64,000 bases of DNA from Candidatus Falkowbacteria bacterium RIFOXYC2_FULL_36_12 (GTDB lineage Bacteria > Patescibacteriota > Patescibacteriia > UBA11705): assembly GCA_001778235.1 (NCBI GenBank), contig MFGJ01000001.1, forward strand, positions 69,302 through 133,301, given 5' to 3'. This document shows, piece after piece, positions 20,588 through 32,200 of this stretch. The notes beneath the pieces are model-generated. The model was not told the origin of the DNA and searched no databases. It saw only the letters and a list, made by a program, of their open reading frames with translations. Positions within the stretch are counted from its first letter, which is position 1. Each line of letters starts with the position of its first letter. Made by a program: the position numbers and the translations under genes.

Positions 20588-21952
20588 ATGAATGAATTAA
20601 AAACCATTATCAAACAAATCAGTGCTGAAAAAGGGATCACAGAAGAAGCGGTCTACGATACAATCAATTCTGCTTTGGCAGCAGCTTTTAGAAAAGATTT
20701 CGGTGAACCAAATCAAAATATCGTAGCTGATTATAATCTGGAAACTGGAGAATTAAAAGTTTTTGATGAAAAAATAGTGGTTGAAAATCTGACTGAAAAA
20801 GAAATTGCGGATATTGAAAAATTAAAACAGTTAAGGGAAGCAAGAAAAGAAGAAATGGAAAAAATTGGTAAACAGGTTGAAAAAACTGAAGAAGAAATTG
20901 AACTGGAAGAAACTATAAGAAAATTTAATCCAAAATCTGAAGTTGAATTAAAAGAGGCGAAAGAAATAAAAAAATCATACAAAATTGATGATATTGTACG
21001 CACACCACTTGAAATCCCTGGAGAGTTTGGACGAATGGCGGCGCAAACTGCAAAACAGGTTATCATACAAAAGCTACGAGAAGCAGAGAGAGACATTATT
21101 TATGCTCAATACAAAAAACGCGAAGGAGAAATTTTATCTGGAATTGTTCAAAAGAGAGATGGACGAAATTTTGTTATTGACCTTGGAAACGCCAATGCTC
21201 TATTACCATTTGAAGAACAAATTAAAAACGAAAGATACCATCTTGGAGATAGAATAAAAATTGTTCTATTGTCTGCTGGTGAGGATATCAAGGCCCCAAA
21301 TTTAATTGTGTCTCGAGCGACTCCATTATTTGTAGAAAAGCTGTTTGAGACTGAAATCCCTGAAATTGCCAATCATACAATCGCGATCAAAGGGATTGCC
21401 AGAGAGGCTGGCTCCCGAGCCAAAGTGGCGGTTCATACTGATGATGAAAGCATTGATCCAATTGGGTCATGCATTGGGCAAAAAGGCTCTAGAATTCAAA
21501 CTATAATCGCTGAATTAAATGGAGAAAAAATTGATATTATTGAATTCAATACTAACCCAGTGAAATACATTGCCAATGCTCTCATGCCAGCTAGAATTAC
21601 TTCGGTTGAGGTGGATGAAACTACACAAACCGCAGTTGTAATTGTTCCAAGTGATCAACTTTCTTTGACTATTGGACGAGATGGCCAAAATGTCAGATTG
21701 GCAGTAAAATTGACTGGCCTAAAAATAAACATCAGGGAACAAGAAACTGGAAATGCTATCTTGGATAAGAACAAAATGAACGAAAAACCAGCTGAAGAAA
21801 AAGTGATTGAAAAACAATCAGAAGCAGAGCTCGCAACAAAAGAAACTGAAGAAAAAACTGTTGAAGTTAAAGCTGTTGAAGTTAAAAAAGAAAAGAAAAA
21901 GAAAACTGCAACTAAAAAAGCTTCCAAGAAAAAAAAGACTGATGAGAAATAA
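20588..21952 (+). CDS. nusA: Transcription termination/antitermination factor NusA with a Lys-rich tail
   Basis: N-terminal domain, S1 domain, two KH domains (IGSCIGQKGSRIQTI; IGRDGQNVRLAVKLTG), then a KKEKKKKTATKKASKKKK tail. Confidence 0.9.
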   Translation: MNELKTIIKQISAEKGITEEAVYDTINSALAAAFRKDFGEPNQNIVADYNLETGELKVFDEKIVVENLTEKEIADIEKLKQLREARKEEMEKIGKQVEKTEEEIELEETIRKFNPKSEVELKEAKEIKKSYKIDDIVRTPLEIPGEFGRMAAQTAKQVIIQKLREAERDIIYAQYKKREGEILSGIVQKRDGRNFVIDLGNANALLPFEEQIKNERYHLGDRIKIVLLSAGEDIKAPNLIVSRATPLFVEKLFETEIPEIANHTIAIKGIAREAGSRAKVAVHTDDESIDPIGSCIGQKGSRIQTIIAELNGEKIDIIEFNTNPVKYIANALMPARITSVEVDETTQTAVVIVPSDQLSLTIGRDGQNVRLAVKLTGLKINIREQETGNAILDKNKMNEKPAEEKVIEKQSEAELATKETEEKTVEVKAVEVKKEKKKKTATKKASKKKKTDEK

Positions 21953-22020
21953 TCAGAATTTGCCTCAATTGATTGAAAATAAATAAATAAGTATTTTACT
22001 TAATAAAAATACAAAGACCT

Positions 22021-22791
22021 ATGATTGCGTTTTACAATACGATTGTTTATGAACCAATATTAAATCTGTTAATTTATCTCTATAATATTATCCCAGGACA
22101 TGACTTAGGCGTAGCAATAATTCTATTAACAATCATTGTCAAGGCATTGTTGATGCCACTTTCATGGAAAGCCTTAAAATCCCAAAAATCCTTGCAAGAT
22201 ATCCAGCCAAAAATGGATGCACTACGAAAACAGTACAAAGATAAAAAGGAAGTCCTGGCCAAAGAAATGATGAAGCTCTATAAAGATAATAAAGTGAATC
22301 CACTTTCAAGCTGTCTACCAACCTTGCTCCAACTACCCTTCTTACTAGCAATTTATTCTGTTTTCAGACGAGATGTACTGTCAAGTGATAGCATCCAAGG
22401 AATTTATTCTTTTATACAAGTACCTGAACATCTTAATACTGTGGCATTTGGGTTTCTTGATTTGCTGGTACCAAGTCTGATTTTGGCGATAATTGCCGGT
22501 ATTGGACAATATATCCAAGCCAAGATGCTAATGACCAAAAGTGCCCCAGGCATGGTGAAATCCGGTGCAAAAGATGAAAATATTATGGCGGAAATGAATA
22601 AATCAATGGTTTATTTCATGCCCTTGATCACGATATTTATTGGTTCACGGCTACCGAGCAGTTTCACTCTGTATTGGTTAATAACAACTATTTTGACCAT
22701 TATTCAACAAAAAGTAGTGTTCTCAAAAATGAAAGCTGAATTAAATAAAAACAATATACTTGATGTTAAGTCTGAAAATAAGCAACCATAA
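22021..22791 (+). CDS. yidC: Membrane protein insertase YidC (short form)
   Basis: Conserved YidC/Oxa1 helices (PLSWKALKSQKSLQDIQPKM...LYKDNKVNPLSSCLPTLLQLP). Confidence 0.85.
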   Translation: MIAFYNTIVYEPILNLLIYLYNIIPGHDLGVAIILLTIIVKALLMPLSWKALKSQKSLQDIQPKMDALRKQYKDKKEVLAKEMMKLYKDNKVNPLSSCLPTLLQLPFLLAIYSVFRRDVLSSDSIQGIYSFIQVPEHLNTVAFGFLDLLVPSLILAIIAGIGQYIQAKMLMTKSAPGMVKSGAKDENIMAEMNKSMVYFMPLITIFIGSRLPSSFTLYWLITTILTIIQQKVVFSKMKAELNKNNILDVKSENKQP

Positions 22792-22792
22792 G

Positions 22793-23092
22793 ATGAAAAT
22801 AAAGTACACAAAAATTAAAGGTCTGCCGGTTGTTTGCCAAAAGAGCAAGACAAGGGTTGGTAAACTTTATAATCTCGAAGTTGATACTGACAGCCTAAAA
22901 ATAATTAGCCTGATAGTCGGACAAAGCTGGTTTGGTCCGAGAGTTTATGTCTCGATCGATCAAGTAATCGCAATAAAAGAAGACCAGATTGAAATCAATG
23001 ATGCTTTTATCAAAGAGGCAGAGATTAATTCTGCGGAGTCAATCAAGCAATTGAACAACTCTATTCCAGTGATTGAAAAAAGTATTGAATGA
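22793..23092 (+). CDS. PRC-barrel domain protein (YlmC/YmxH-like)
   Basis: IKGLPVVCQKSKTRVGKLYNLEVDTDSLKIISLIV resembles the PRC-barrel signature. Confidence 0.5.
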   Translation: MKIKYTKIKGLPVVCQKSKTRVGKLYNLEVDTDSLKIISLIVGQSWFGPRVYVSIDQVIAIKEDQIEINDAFIKEAEINSAESIKQLNNSIPVIEKSIE

Positions 23093-24053
23093 AAATATGT
23101 TATTAACAGAAATAGACAGAGCAACACTTCGAACAATTGTCTATTTTGATATTTTTGACTTTCCGCTAACTGCAAATGAGGTCTATAAATATCTGATTGC
23201 AAGAAATGTAACTTCAGACAAAGCAGTAATTCATAGTTTGCAAAATCTAGAATCCTTTCTGGGACACAGAGAAGGATTTTATTTTTTAAAAAACAGAGAA
23301 GATACTATTGAGTTGCGAAAAGATAATTATTTGTTGTCAGATGAAAAATATAAACTGGCGATAAATAATATAAAACTCTTAAAAAAATGTGCTTTTGTTA
23401 AAGCTATTTTTATTACTAATAAGTTAAGCTATTCAAACCCAAGGGAAAATGGTGATATTGACATTGCGATTGTTTGTCAGGCTGGGCGAATCTGGAGCTG
23501 TAGATTTTTTACAACCTTGATGATGAAATTATTAGGACGAAGACCAACAAAAATAAAACAAAAAAATAAAATTTGCTTGAGTTTTTTCCTTGATGAAAAA
23601 AATCTAAATTTAGAAAAGTTTGCAGGTGAAAACGATCTGCACTTGGCTTTCTGGGTGAGACAGTTTGTGCCTATTTTTGATCCAGAAAAAATAAACGCAA
23701 AAATCCAGCAAGAAAATATTTGGATAAATAAATTACTCCCAAATTGCCAGGAATATGTAGTGAATCAACGAAGAAGAGTCTCAAGGAGATCGTGGATGCA
23801 AGCAGTTTGGCTGATTATTTCACCAAAGCGATTGGAAAATGTATTTAGGAAAATTCAACTAAATAAGCTATCAATTGATTTGAAAAATAAATTGGGACAA
23901 AATAACAATGATGTGGTAATGAATGATGCAATTCTAAAACTGCATAGCACTGATAGAAGAAAATATTTTAACCAATTGTGGGAAAAAAGATGTAAAGAAA
24001 TCATTCCCCAATTTTCAATTACTGAACTATTTAAAACATTAATAAATAAATAA
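23073..24053 (+). CDS. Hypothetical protein, possibly nucleotidyltransferase-fold
   Basis: ENGDIDIAIV resembles an NTase motif; otherwise unknown. Confidence 0.35.
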   Translation: MKKVLNENMLLTEIDRATLRTIVYFDIFDFPLTANEVYKYLIARNVTSDKAVIHSLQNLESFLGHREGFYFLKNREDTIELRKDNYLLSDEKYKLAINNIKLLKKCAFVKAIFITNKLSYSNPRENGDIDIAIVCQAGRIWSCRFFTTLMMKLLGRRPTKIKQKNKICLSFFLDEKNLNLEKFAGENDLHLAFWVRQFVPIFDPEKINAKIQQENIWINKLLPNCQEYVVNQRRRVSRRSWMQAVWLIISPKRLENVFRKIQLNKLSIDLKNKLGQNNNDVVMNDAILKLHSTDRRKYFNQLWEKRCKEIIPQFSITELFKTLINK

Positions 24054-24063
24054 AAAAAGTGGA

Positions 24064-24294
24064 TCATTGTCCACTGGTTTTGTTAATTTGTTCGATATTA
24101 GTATCCGAAACTGATTGTTCGGGATTGTCGACTGATTGTGCGATCCCATAACAGAATAGCAAAAAAAATATTAGACTGATAATATATGCAATTATTTTCT
24201 TACGCAATTCTGTTTTGCGAGAATAAAACCCCGCTGCAACAAATGTGACCACCAGACAAGCAAAAGCTACAATCCAAACGACTACCCACCACAT
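24064..24294 (-). CDS. Small membrane protein
   Basis: Two hydrophobic helices. Confidence 0.35.
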   Translation of the reverse strand: MWWVVVWIVAFACLVVTFVAAGFYSRKTELRKKIIAYIISLIFFLLFCYGIAQSVDNPEQSVSDTNIEQINKTSGQ

Positions 24295-24314
24295 TGGTTC
24301 CTCCTGGGTGCTAG

Positions 24315-24914
24315 CTAGGGGTTACGAGACCAACCGAGATCACCAGAATATGGCTCATGAAAACAAGTATTATCATTAAAAACATGAAATATCTCAACAA
24401 TTGACTTGCCCCGACTTTTTTCTGCGGTATAATCAAATCTATCATCATAATATTCCAGTATAAACTCATAGCCTCGGGATGAATCGTCAGAATACTGACT
24501 GCTCCAATCTTCACGAGTGATAACAACAGAATTACCCTTACCGAAAGAATACCTCGGAAAAACATAGACGGATGATGATAGATTGGTGTGTAAAGCAAAT
24601 CGTTCGTCAACATCGGTTGATAATTTGATCGAGTCATTACCAGCATCAATTTTTATATTTCTCCATTCCATTGAACAGAAATTGCCCTTGATGTTGCTAC
24701 TTTGATATTTAATATTAATGAATGAGATGCTGACTAAAATTGCTGACAGAAAGGCAAGTAGAAAAAAAATTACTGACCACTTTGCATGTTTTCGATACTT
24801 GGTTAGAATAAATGATTTGTATTGTATAACGGCAATAATTAAACAAAACAAGGTAAAAAACAAAAAAACAAAGAGCAATTGTATCATCTGCGCCTCCTGG
24901 GTGTGAAGGAACAT
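24315..24914 (-). CDS. Hypothetical membrane-anchored protein
   Basis: N-terminal TM helices; no known motif. Confidence 0.4.
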   Translation of the reverse strand: MFLHTQEAQMIQLLFVFLFFTLFCLIIAVIQYKSFILTKYRKHAKWSVIFFLLAFLSAILVSISFINIKYQSSNIKGNFCSMEWRNIKIDAGNDSIKLSTDVDERFALHTNLSSSVYVFPRYSFGKGNSVVITREDWSSQYSDDSSRGYEFILEYYDDRFDYTAEKSRGKSIVEIFHVFNDNTCFHEPYSGDLGWSRNP

Positions 24915-24988
24915 AATGTTATAATATAATATAAATAGAGTAAAGTGTCAATCATGAGAGAAAATTTTAGATAATAGAAAAATAATCG

Positions 24989-26308
24989 TTGATTATGAAA
25001 AATTTGAAATATACAATCGAGTATCTTATTTACCTATTAATTTTTTTATTGCCTTGGCAGACAAGATGGATCTATAAACCAGCGGAAATCAATGGTGGGT
25101 ATTATGAATATGGGACTTTATCGCTATATGGCACAGAGATTTTACTGGGATTAATAGTACTGCTAACAATAATTTTTGTTTATACAAAAATTAGTTTGAA
25201 AAACAATAATTTTTCAGGGAAAAGACTGCTATTAGCTCTACTCGTCGTAATGGTTGCGATTTTATCAATTTTGTTAGCTCAAAATCAGGAGTTAGCTATA
25301 AATAAAATTTCACAGTTTGCACTCGGTGGAGCTCTAATCGCAGTATTTCTGGTTATAAAACCGCGACTTCTAAATATTGCTTATGTTTTTGTCGCCTCAA
25401 CTGTAGTTCAAAGCATTTTAGCAATTCAACAGTTTGTAACTCAACAAGTCGGGGCAAACAAATGGCTAGGAATGGCGAGTCAAAAACCAGAAATTCTAGG
25501 GACACCAATAATTGAGAGTAATGGCGAAAGGATATTGAGATCATTTGGTTCACTGCCCCATCCAAATATTTTGGGAGGGATGTTAATCATTGGCTTGCTG
25601 TTCATTATCTATATTTATAGTAAAGAAAAAAACTTGCTCGCAAAATATTTATTGGTAATTGGTTTTATGTTAAATAGCATTGCCTTGTTTTTCTGTTTTT
25701 CACGGTCAGCAATGCTGGCATTGTTAATGAGTCTAGCATTTTTTTATTTTCTGGTCATAAAAATGAAATTTGAGAGATTAAAATCTGTTGGAAATAAATT
25801 TCTACTGATTTTTCTAATGGTTTTTATGATTTTTTCAGCGTTTAATTTTGATTTAACGCAAACACGAATAACTGGGTTTGCCAGGCTGGAACAAAAATCG
25901 ACAGAAGAAAGATTGAGCGGATATAATGATGCATTGCAAATTTTCAAGAATAATTGGCTAGCTGGAGTTGGTCCAGGCAACTATACTGAATCACTGAAGA
26001 GCCTGACTCCAGATCAACCAAGCTGGTACTATCAACCGACTCATAATTCAATAATTTTGTTAACTGTTGAATTTGGGATTGGAGGAGGATTGTTGTTTTG
26101 TTTATCAATATATTGGCTGATTAAAAATACTTTTTTTGATAAGAAGAAAAAAATAAATGAAGAAAATCTAATTTTTGTAATTAGCTGGTTTGGCCTATTG
26201 GTAATCAGTTTATTTGATCATTATTTATATTCATTTTGGGTGGGAAATTTATTATTTTTTTCCAGCTGTGCAATAGTATTGCAAACATTATTGACAAAGA
26301 ATAATTAA
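24989..26308 (+). CDS. O-antigen ligase / Wzy-like polytopic membrane protein
   Basis: ~10 TM helices with a large periplasmic loop, the typical Wzy_C arrangement. Confidence 0.5.
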   Translation: MIMKNLKYTIEYLIYLLIFLLPWQTRWIYKPAEINGGYYEYGTLSLYGTEILLGLIVLLTIIFVYTKISLKNNNFSGKRLLLALLVVMVAILSILLAQNQELAINKISQFALGGALIAVFLVIKPRLLNIAYVFVASTVVQSILAIQQFVTQQVGANKWLGMASQKPEILGTPIIESNGERILRSFGSLPHPNILGGMLIIGLLFIIYIYSKEKNLLAKYLLVIGFMLNSIALFFCFSRSAMLALLMSLAFFYFLVIKMKFERLKSVGNKFLLIFLMVFMIFSAFNFDLTQTRITGFARLEQKSTEERLSGYNDALQIFKNNWLAGVGPGNYTESLKSLTPDQPSWYYQPTHNSIILLTVEFGIGGGLLFCLSIYWLIKNTFFDKKKKINEENLIFVISWFGLLVISLFDHYLYSFWVGNLLFFSSCAIVLQTLLTKNN

Positions 26309-26350
26309 TGACATAGCATTAAGAATTCCTTAGCGGGCAAGGAGAACCAG

Positions 26351-26611
26351 ATGAAAAACTTGCTTGATTTTTACAGTTTGCTTTTTGCTTTGCTGGTAAA
26401 GTTTGGGATTCAAAATCTTTTTTTGTCAATGGATAAAAAATATCGGACTACTTTGGCTAAATATTTTAGCTTGGTTTACCTGGCGCACAGGAATGGACTG
26501 TCAGATGATAATAATGAAAGCCAACTCAACTTACTGCGAACACGAATGAAAGAAGAAGGCTTTCCACGCCTATTGTTGGATCTGATTGAATCAACAGCAA
26601 AAAATATTTAG
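26351..26611 (+). CDS. Hypothetical protein (86 aa)
   Basis: ORF only. Confidence 0.3.
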   Translation: MKNLLDFYSLLFALLVKFGIQNLFLSMDKKYRTTLAKYFSLVYLAHRNGLSDDNNESQLNLLRTRMKEEGFPRLLLDLIESTAKNI

Positions 26612-26679
26612 GGGTTATAGAAGTCATTAATCTGACTTCTTTTTTAATAAAAAACACTGAAAATTTATCAGCGTTTAGA

Positions 26680-27318
26680 TTATTCTGCTTTTAGACAAAT
26701 ATGTTCGGGTGGAAGTTCTCGTTCAGTGAGATGACCCTTGGCGACAAGCAGTTTACCAAGCATTCTAAGTCTCCGAAGATAGGTTTTCCATTCTGAAACA
26801 ACTTCAAGCTCACCCTTCTGGCAAATAACATGAATATTAACCGCAGTATCACCAATGTCAACAGAATCTCCAGCATTTGAGTTGAATGCAGTCAAAAATC
26901 CGTACACATTTTCGACCGAATCTGAAATTGTGAATACTCCGCTAAACCCCTCATATCTCTCATCCAAAACAATTGCGCAATAATTAAGTGTAATACTAAC
27001 ATCAAAATGAGCATTTTCCTTATTTTCCTTACCGTGATGATATTCACGAAGACACTTGGCATCATCCATATCTATTTCATGGCTGACGAGACGACATAAA
27101 ATATCGTCTGGATCAGTCTCGGAAACAATAAATGGACCATTAGAAGGAACATCTTCTTTAAAGCTTTCAGGACAAGTACTATCTACCCAGAGTAGAGTAT
27201 CTGGCTTTAACATGGCGAATAAATTTTTACAGTTTGCTTCATGATCTGCACAGTCTTCCATAGTTGGGAATAGTGCGTCACATTCCTCACAGGCAAAACC
27301 ATCAACTCGCTTTGGCAT
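26680..27318 (-). CDS. Hypothetical acidic Cys-rich protein, possibly a zinc finger. The likely start is MPKRV, after an AAGGAAAGGGG Shine-Dalgarno.
   Basis: CEECDALF...CADHEANC cluster; no family assignment. Confidence 0.45.
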   Translation of the reverse strand: MPKRVDGFACEECDALFPTMEDCADHEANCKNLFAMLKPDTLLWVDSTCPESFKEDVPSNGPFIVSETDPDDILCRLVSHEIDMDDAKCLREYHHGKENKENAHFDVSITLNYCAIVLDERYEGFSGVFTISDSVENVYGFLTAFNSNAGDSVDIGDTAVNIHVICQKGELEVVSEWKTYLRRLRMLGKLLVAKGHLTERELPPEHICLKAE

Positions 27319-27466
27319 CAGACTCCCCTTTCCTTGGTGGAGGTCAGTGATAATATTTTTTAGCACAAGAAAAATATTTTGTCAATGCTAGGAACTGTTG
27401 ACAGAAGAAAGCCAATTTGCTAAAAATAGTTAAGGATTGAAATAATAATAAAATAAGTAAAAATTT

Positions 27467-27754
27467 ATGCTGAAACCATTAAATGATAATGTGGTGGTAA
27501 AACCACTAACCAGTGAAGAAACCACTGCATCAGGTATTATTATCCCAGACACAGCTTCAAAAGAAAAACCTGAACAAGGTGAAATAATTGCTGTCGGACC
27601 GGGAAAAATATCTGAATCTGGGGTGAGAGTGCAAATGAGTGTTCAAGTGGGACAAAAAATCGTATTTACAAAATATTCACCAAATGAGATCAAAATTGGT
27701 ACTGAAAATTATTTGGTTTTAAAAGAAGAAGATATTTTGGCAATTGTAGAATAA
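27467..27754 (+). CDS. groES: Co-chaperonin GroES
   Basis: MLKPLNDNVVVK...GIIIPDTA...GEIIAVG pattern. Confidence 0.95.
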   Translation: MLKPLNDNVVVKPLTSEETTASGIIIPDTASKEKPEQGEIIAVGPGKISESGVRVQMSVQVGQKIVFTKYSPNEIKIGTENYLVLKEEDILAIVE

Positions 27755-27779
27755 ATATTTATTAATCATACCCTGATAG

Positions 27780-29429
<1,650 letters not shown>

Positions 29430-29467
29430 ATAAAATTTTTAGAATAATCTGTAATTTAGATTTTTAT

Positions 29468-29497
29468 AAAAGCGGGAATATACCCGCTTTTGTATTA
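29468..29497 (+). terminator. Intrinsic terminator after groEL
   Basis: aaagcgggaatatacccgcttttgtatt. Confidence 0.6.
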
Positions 29498-29499
29498 GC

Positions 29500-29640
29500 A
29501 AAAAAACACTCCAGCGAATAGCTGGTGTGTGCGTTTAGAGGAGAGGTTGTTGAAAGTAGTGGCTAGCAATGAAATTTAAATGTAAGTTGTTGATTTGTTA
29601 AAACAAGTTTTTTTTAGAATAAGTGATTGATTACGCTTCG
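29500..29640 (+). repeat. Repeat module A, copy 1. It ends in a hairpin plus T-run. A second copy lies at 63760..63903.
   Basis: cgaatagctggtgtgtgcgtttagagg...gtagtggctagcaatg...gtaagttgttgat...tttttttagaataagtgattgatt is ~80% identical to 63764-63903. Confidence 0.7.
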
Positions 29641-29815
29641 CGTCTTACTTTTTGGTGGCAAAAAGTAAGCAAAAACCACTGGGTGAACAAATGCGAATTG
29701 TTTTTGTCAAGTTCGTGGTTTTGATGACGCGCTTGTTCACCCAGACCCGATGCTTGGCATGTTTGTGGGGTTGAATGTATAAAGTAAGTTATCATTTTGC
29801 TATAGCAGGTTTTTT
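29620..29815 (+). ncRNA. Repeat unit 1 of a tandem structured-RNA-like family. It has a 5' module, a variable stem, a 3' module and a terminator.
   Basis: 5' aagtgattgattacgcttcgcg + perfect hairpin cttactttttggtggcaaaaagtaag + caaaaaccactggg; variable stem gggtgaacaa/ttgttcaccc; 3' cccagacccgatgcttggcatgtttgtggggttgaa; terminator tgctatagca + T-run. Confidence 0.45.
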
Positions 29816-29820
29816 GAAAA

Positions 29821-30020
29821 AAGTGATTGATTGCGCTTTGCGCCTTACTTTTTGATGGCAAAAAGTAAGCAAAAACCACTGGGGGCTTTAATTGCTACTT
29901 ATGAAAATTATTTTGTGTTTTAAACACGGCAAGAAAGCCCCCAGACCCGATGCTTACCGTGTTCGTGGGGTTGAATAATAAAGTATGTGATTGGTATTGC
30001 TAAAGCAAGTTTTTTTGACA
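29821..30020 (+). ncRNA. Repeat unit 2 of the same family. Its variable stem (gggggcttt/aaagccccc) is compensatory to unit 1.
   Basis: Same 5' and 3' modules as unit 1; only the middle differs, with stem pairing preserved; terminator ttgctaaagcaa + T-run. Confidence 0.45.
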
Positions 30021-30107
30021 CCCTGCCTGAAAGCCTTAGTCTGTCTCGACTTCACGATGAAGACGGGCAAGATGCGTTAAATGTTATTGTTGTTTATATA
30101 TTTAAAT

Positions 30108-30318
30108 TTGTCACTCTGAACTTGTTTCAGAGTATAAAGGGATAGCTTGATTATACCTTGATTATACCCTGAAATCCATCTTCGTTAAAACTTCGATGGA
30201 CAAGTAAATTCAGAGCCTGCCCTGAATTAATTTCAGGGGTGACAAGTGAGAGTGTTGGTAGCGCGCATTACGCCCCCAGATTTGCCTTCATCAAGATTAC
30301 GGCAGGCAAGACCCGAGG
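30108..30318 (+). repeat. Composite of the hairpin ccctgaa-N-ttcaggg (inverted and direct copies) plus a ~100-nt conserved element, the long-form 3' module. It is homologous to 58703..58825.
   Basis: ggtgacaagtgagagtgttggtagcgcgcattacgcccccagatttgccttcatcaagattacggcaggcaagacccgaggctggtcatgttcgtggggttt matches 58724-58825 with few substitutions. Confidence 0.65.
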
Positions 30319-30433
30319 CTGGTCATGTTCGTGGGGTTTAATATTACTGAAGTTTTATTTTATTTTTGACAATCTTGCGTATATTGTGTAAGCTGAAAAA
30401 TGATTTTGTCCTTTTCACCAGACCGGAGGGAAA

Positions 30434-30961
30434 ATGATTCACCTGAAAGTAAATAAGTTTGGTATTGCCCCACTTGACACTTCAAGTGAAAATAATAAGC
30501 GAAATATAGTTGTTCCCTTGCTTGAAATAATGCAAAAAATCAGTGGTGCAACTGACAATTGGTTTAGTCCATCAATAATGAGAGAAGTAAAAATGTATTC
30601 GGCGGAAGATAGAAATATGCCTTCATCATATTTAAAATTATTTGTGGTGTCTGATTTTCTAAATTGCTATGATGACTGGAAACTATTGCTGTGTTTTATT
30701 CTTGATGTTGTTAGTGGAAAACTTTTCCTAATTCAGGTACATTTATATTTAGTACACACATTAACTGAACTTCAGCCAAGGCAAATACCTGATCTGCAAA
30801 AAGGAACTGATATTTTTGGTGTTGTTAATTTCGAGAGATCACTTGATGGGAAAATTGCATTGCAACAAACCTCAATAATTTCAGCTGTAGACCCAGATAA
30901 AAAGCGTGCGTTTCTAAGATTTTACGGGGAATTGGAGAATTATTTGCATAAACCATATTAA
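30434..30961 (+). CDS. Hypothetical protein (175 aa)
   Basis: ORF only; no motif. Confidence 0.35.
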   Translation: MIHLKVNKFGIAPLDTSSENNKRNIVVPLLEIMQKISGATDNWFSPSIMREVKMYSAEDRNMPSSYLKLFVVSDFLNCYDDWKLLLCFILDVVSGKLFLIQVHLYLVHTLTELQPRQIPDLQKGTDIFGVVNFERSLDGKIALQQTSIISAVDPDKKRAFLRFYGELENYLHKPY

Positions 30962-31016
30962 AAACCGCGATATCATCGTGGCTTTTTTATTTTCGTTCAA
31001 TTTTTTATACTTTTAC

Positions 31017-32102
31017 TCAAACACTGAAACGGAAAACACAGACATCACCATCTTTGACTTCATATAGTTTGCCTTCGAGGTGAATCAGACCTTTTTCTTT
31101 GGCAGCAACTTCGCTCCCAGCTTCAATTAATTTTTGCCAATTGACAACTTCTGCAGCAATAAAACCTTTTTCAAAATCAGTATGAATTTTACCAGCAGCC
31201 TGGGGAGTAAGGGTACCAGCTGTGATTGTCCAAGCACGAGTTTCTTTTGGTCCTGAAGTAAAATAAGTAATTAAATTCAGTTTTTTGTATGATTCAAGGA
31301 TTACGCGATCAAGTCCGGTCATGGTAATGCCTGACTGGTTCAAATATTCAGAAACTTCTTCAGGTGCAAGCTCTGCTAACTCTGATTCTAGCTTGGCACA
31401 GATTGGGATGACGATTTCATTTTGCAAAATATCAATCTGCGGAAGGGTATTTATGTCTGACTCATCAACATTCAAAATGAAAATCATGGGTTTGGCAGTC
31501 AACAAGTTGAGAGATTTGATGGCCTTGTGTTGCTCAAGCTCTAGTGAAATTTTATTTATTAAAATTCCATTTTCTAAATTCTGTTTCAAAAAAGTTAAAA
31601 GCTCAATTTGCTTATTTATAATTTTCATTTCTGATGCTGATGAACCTTTTAATTTGTCAGTGGTTTTTTTTAGTGAATTTTCAACTGTCTGCAAATCAGC
31701 AAAAATCAATTCAAAATTTATGGTTTCTATGTCTGAAGCTGGATCAACTTTGCCTTCAACATGGATAATATCACCAGCGTGAAAATCTCTAACGACTTGA
31801 GCTATTGCATCACATTCACGAATTGTAGCTAAAAATTTATTACCCAAACCTTCACCTTTGTGCGCGCCACGAACCAGACCAGCAATGTCAATAAATTCAA
31901 TCGTGGTTGGAATGATTTTTTCAGATTTTGATAATTTTGCCAACTGCTCGAGACGATCATCAGGGACTTCAACAATTCCTTTGTTGGGCTCAATGGTACA
32001 AAAAGGATAATTAGCAATATCTATTTGCTTCTTGGTTAAAGCATTAAAAGTAGTAGATTTACCGACATTTGGTAGGCCAACGATTCCGATTGAGAATGAC
32101 AT
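31017..32102 (-). CDS. ychF: Ribosome-binding ATPase YchF (Obg-family GTPase)
   Basis: G1 motif [12 protein letters not shown], a YchF-specific coiled-coil insertion, and a C-terminal TGS domain. Confidence 0.9.
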   Translation of the reverse strand: MSFSIGIVGLPNVGKSTTFNALTKKQIDIANYPFCTIEPNKGIVEVPDDRLEQLAKLSKSEKIIPTTIEFIDIAGLVRGAHKGEGLGNKFLATIRECDAIAQVVRDFHAGDIIHVEGKVDPASDIETINFELIFADLQTVENSLKKTTDKLKGSSASEMKIINKQIELLTFLKQNLENGILINKISLELEQHKAIKSLNLLTAKPMIFILNVDESDINTLPQIDILQNEIVIPICAKLESELAELAPEEVSEYLNQSGITMTGLDRVILESYKKLNLITYFTSGPKETRAWTITAGTLTPQAAGKIHTDFEKGFIAAEVVNWQKLIEAGSEVAAKEKGLIHLEGKLYEVKDGDVCVFRFSV

Positions 32103-32200
32103 AAATAAATTAGGACTTAAATCTTGATAAGGTTTATAAAATTATAAAAGAGACCTGAACTAAAGTCAAGCCTCTTTTTTTAAATAAACTGAATTTTAAT

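Noticed and set aside
29620-30020. Type III toxin-antitoxin RNA repeats or retron msr/msd for the tandem units
   Set aside because: The units are ~200 nt each (ToxI-type repeats are ~36 nt). No adjacent toxin or reverse-transcriptase gene is present.
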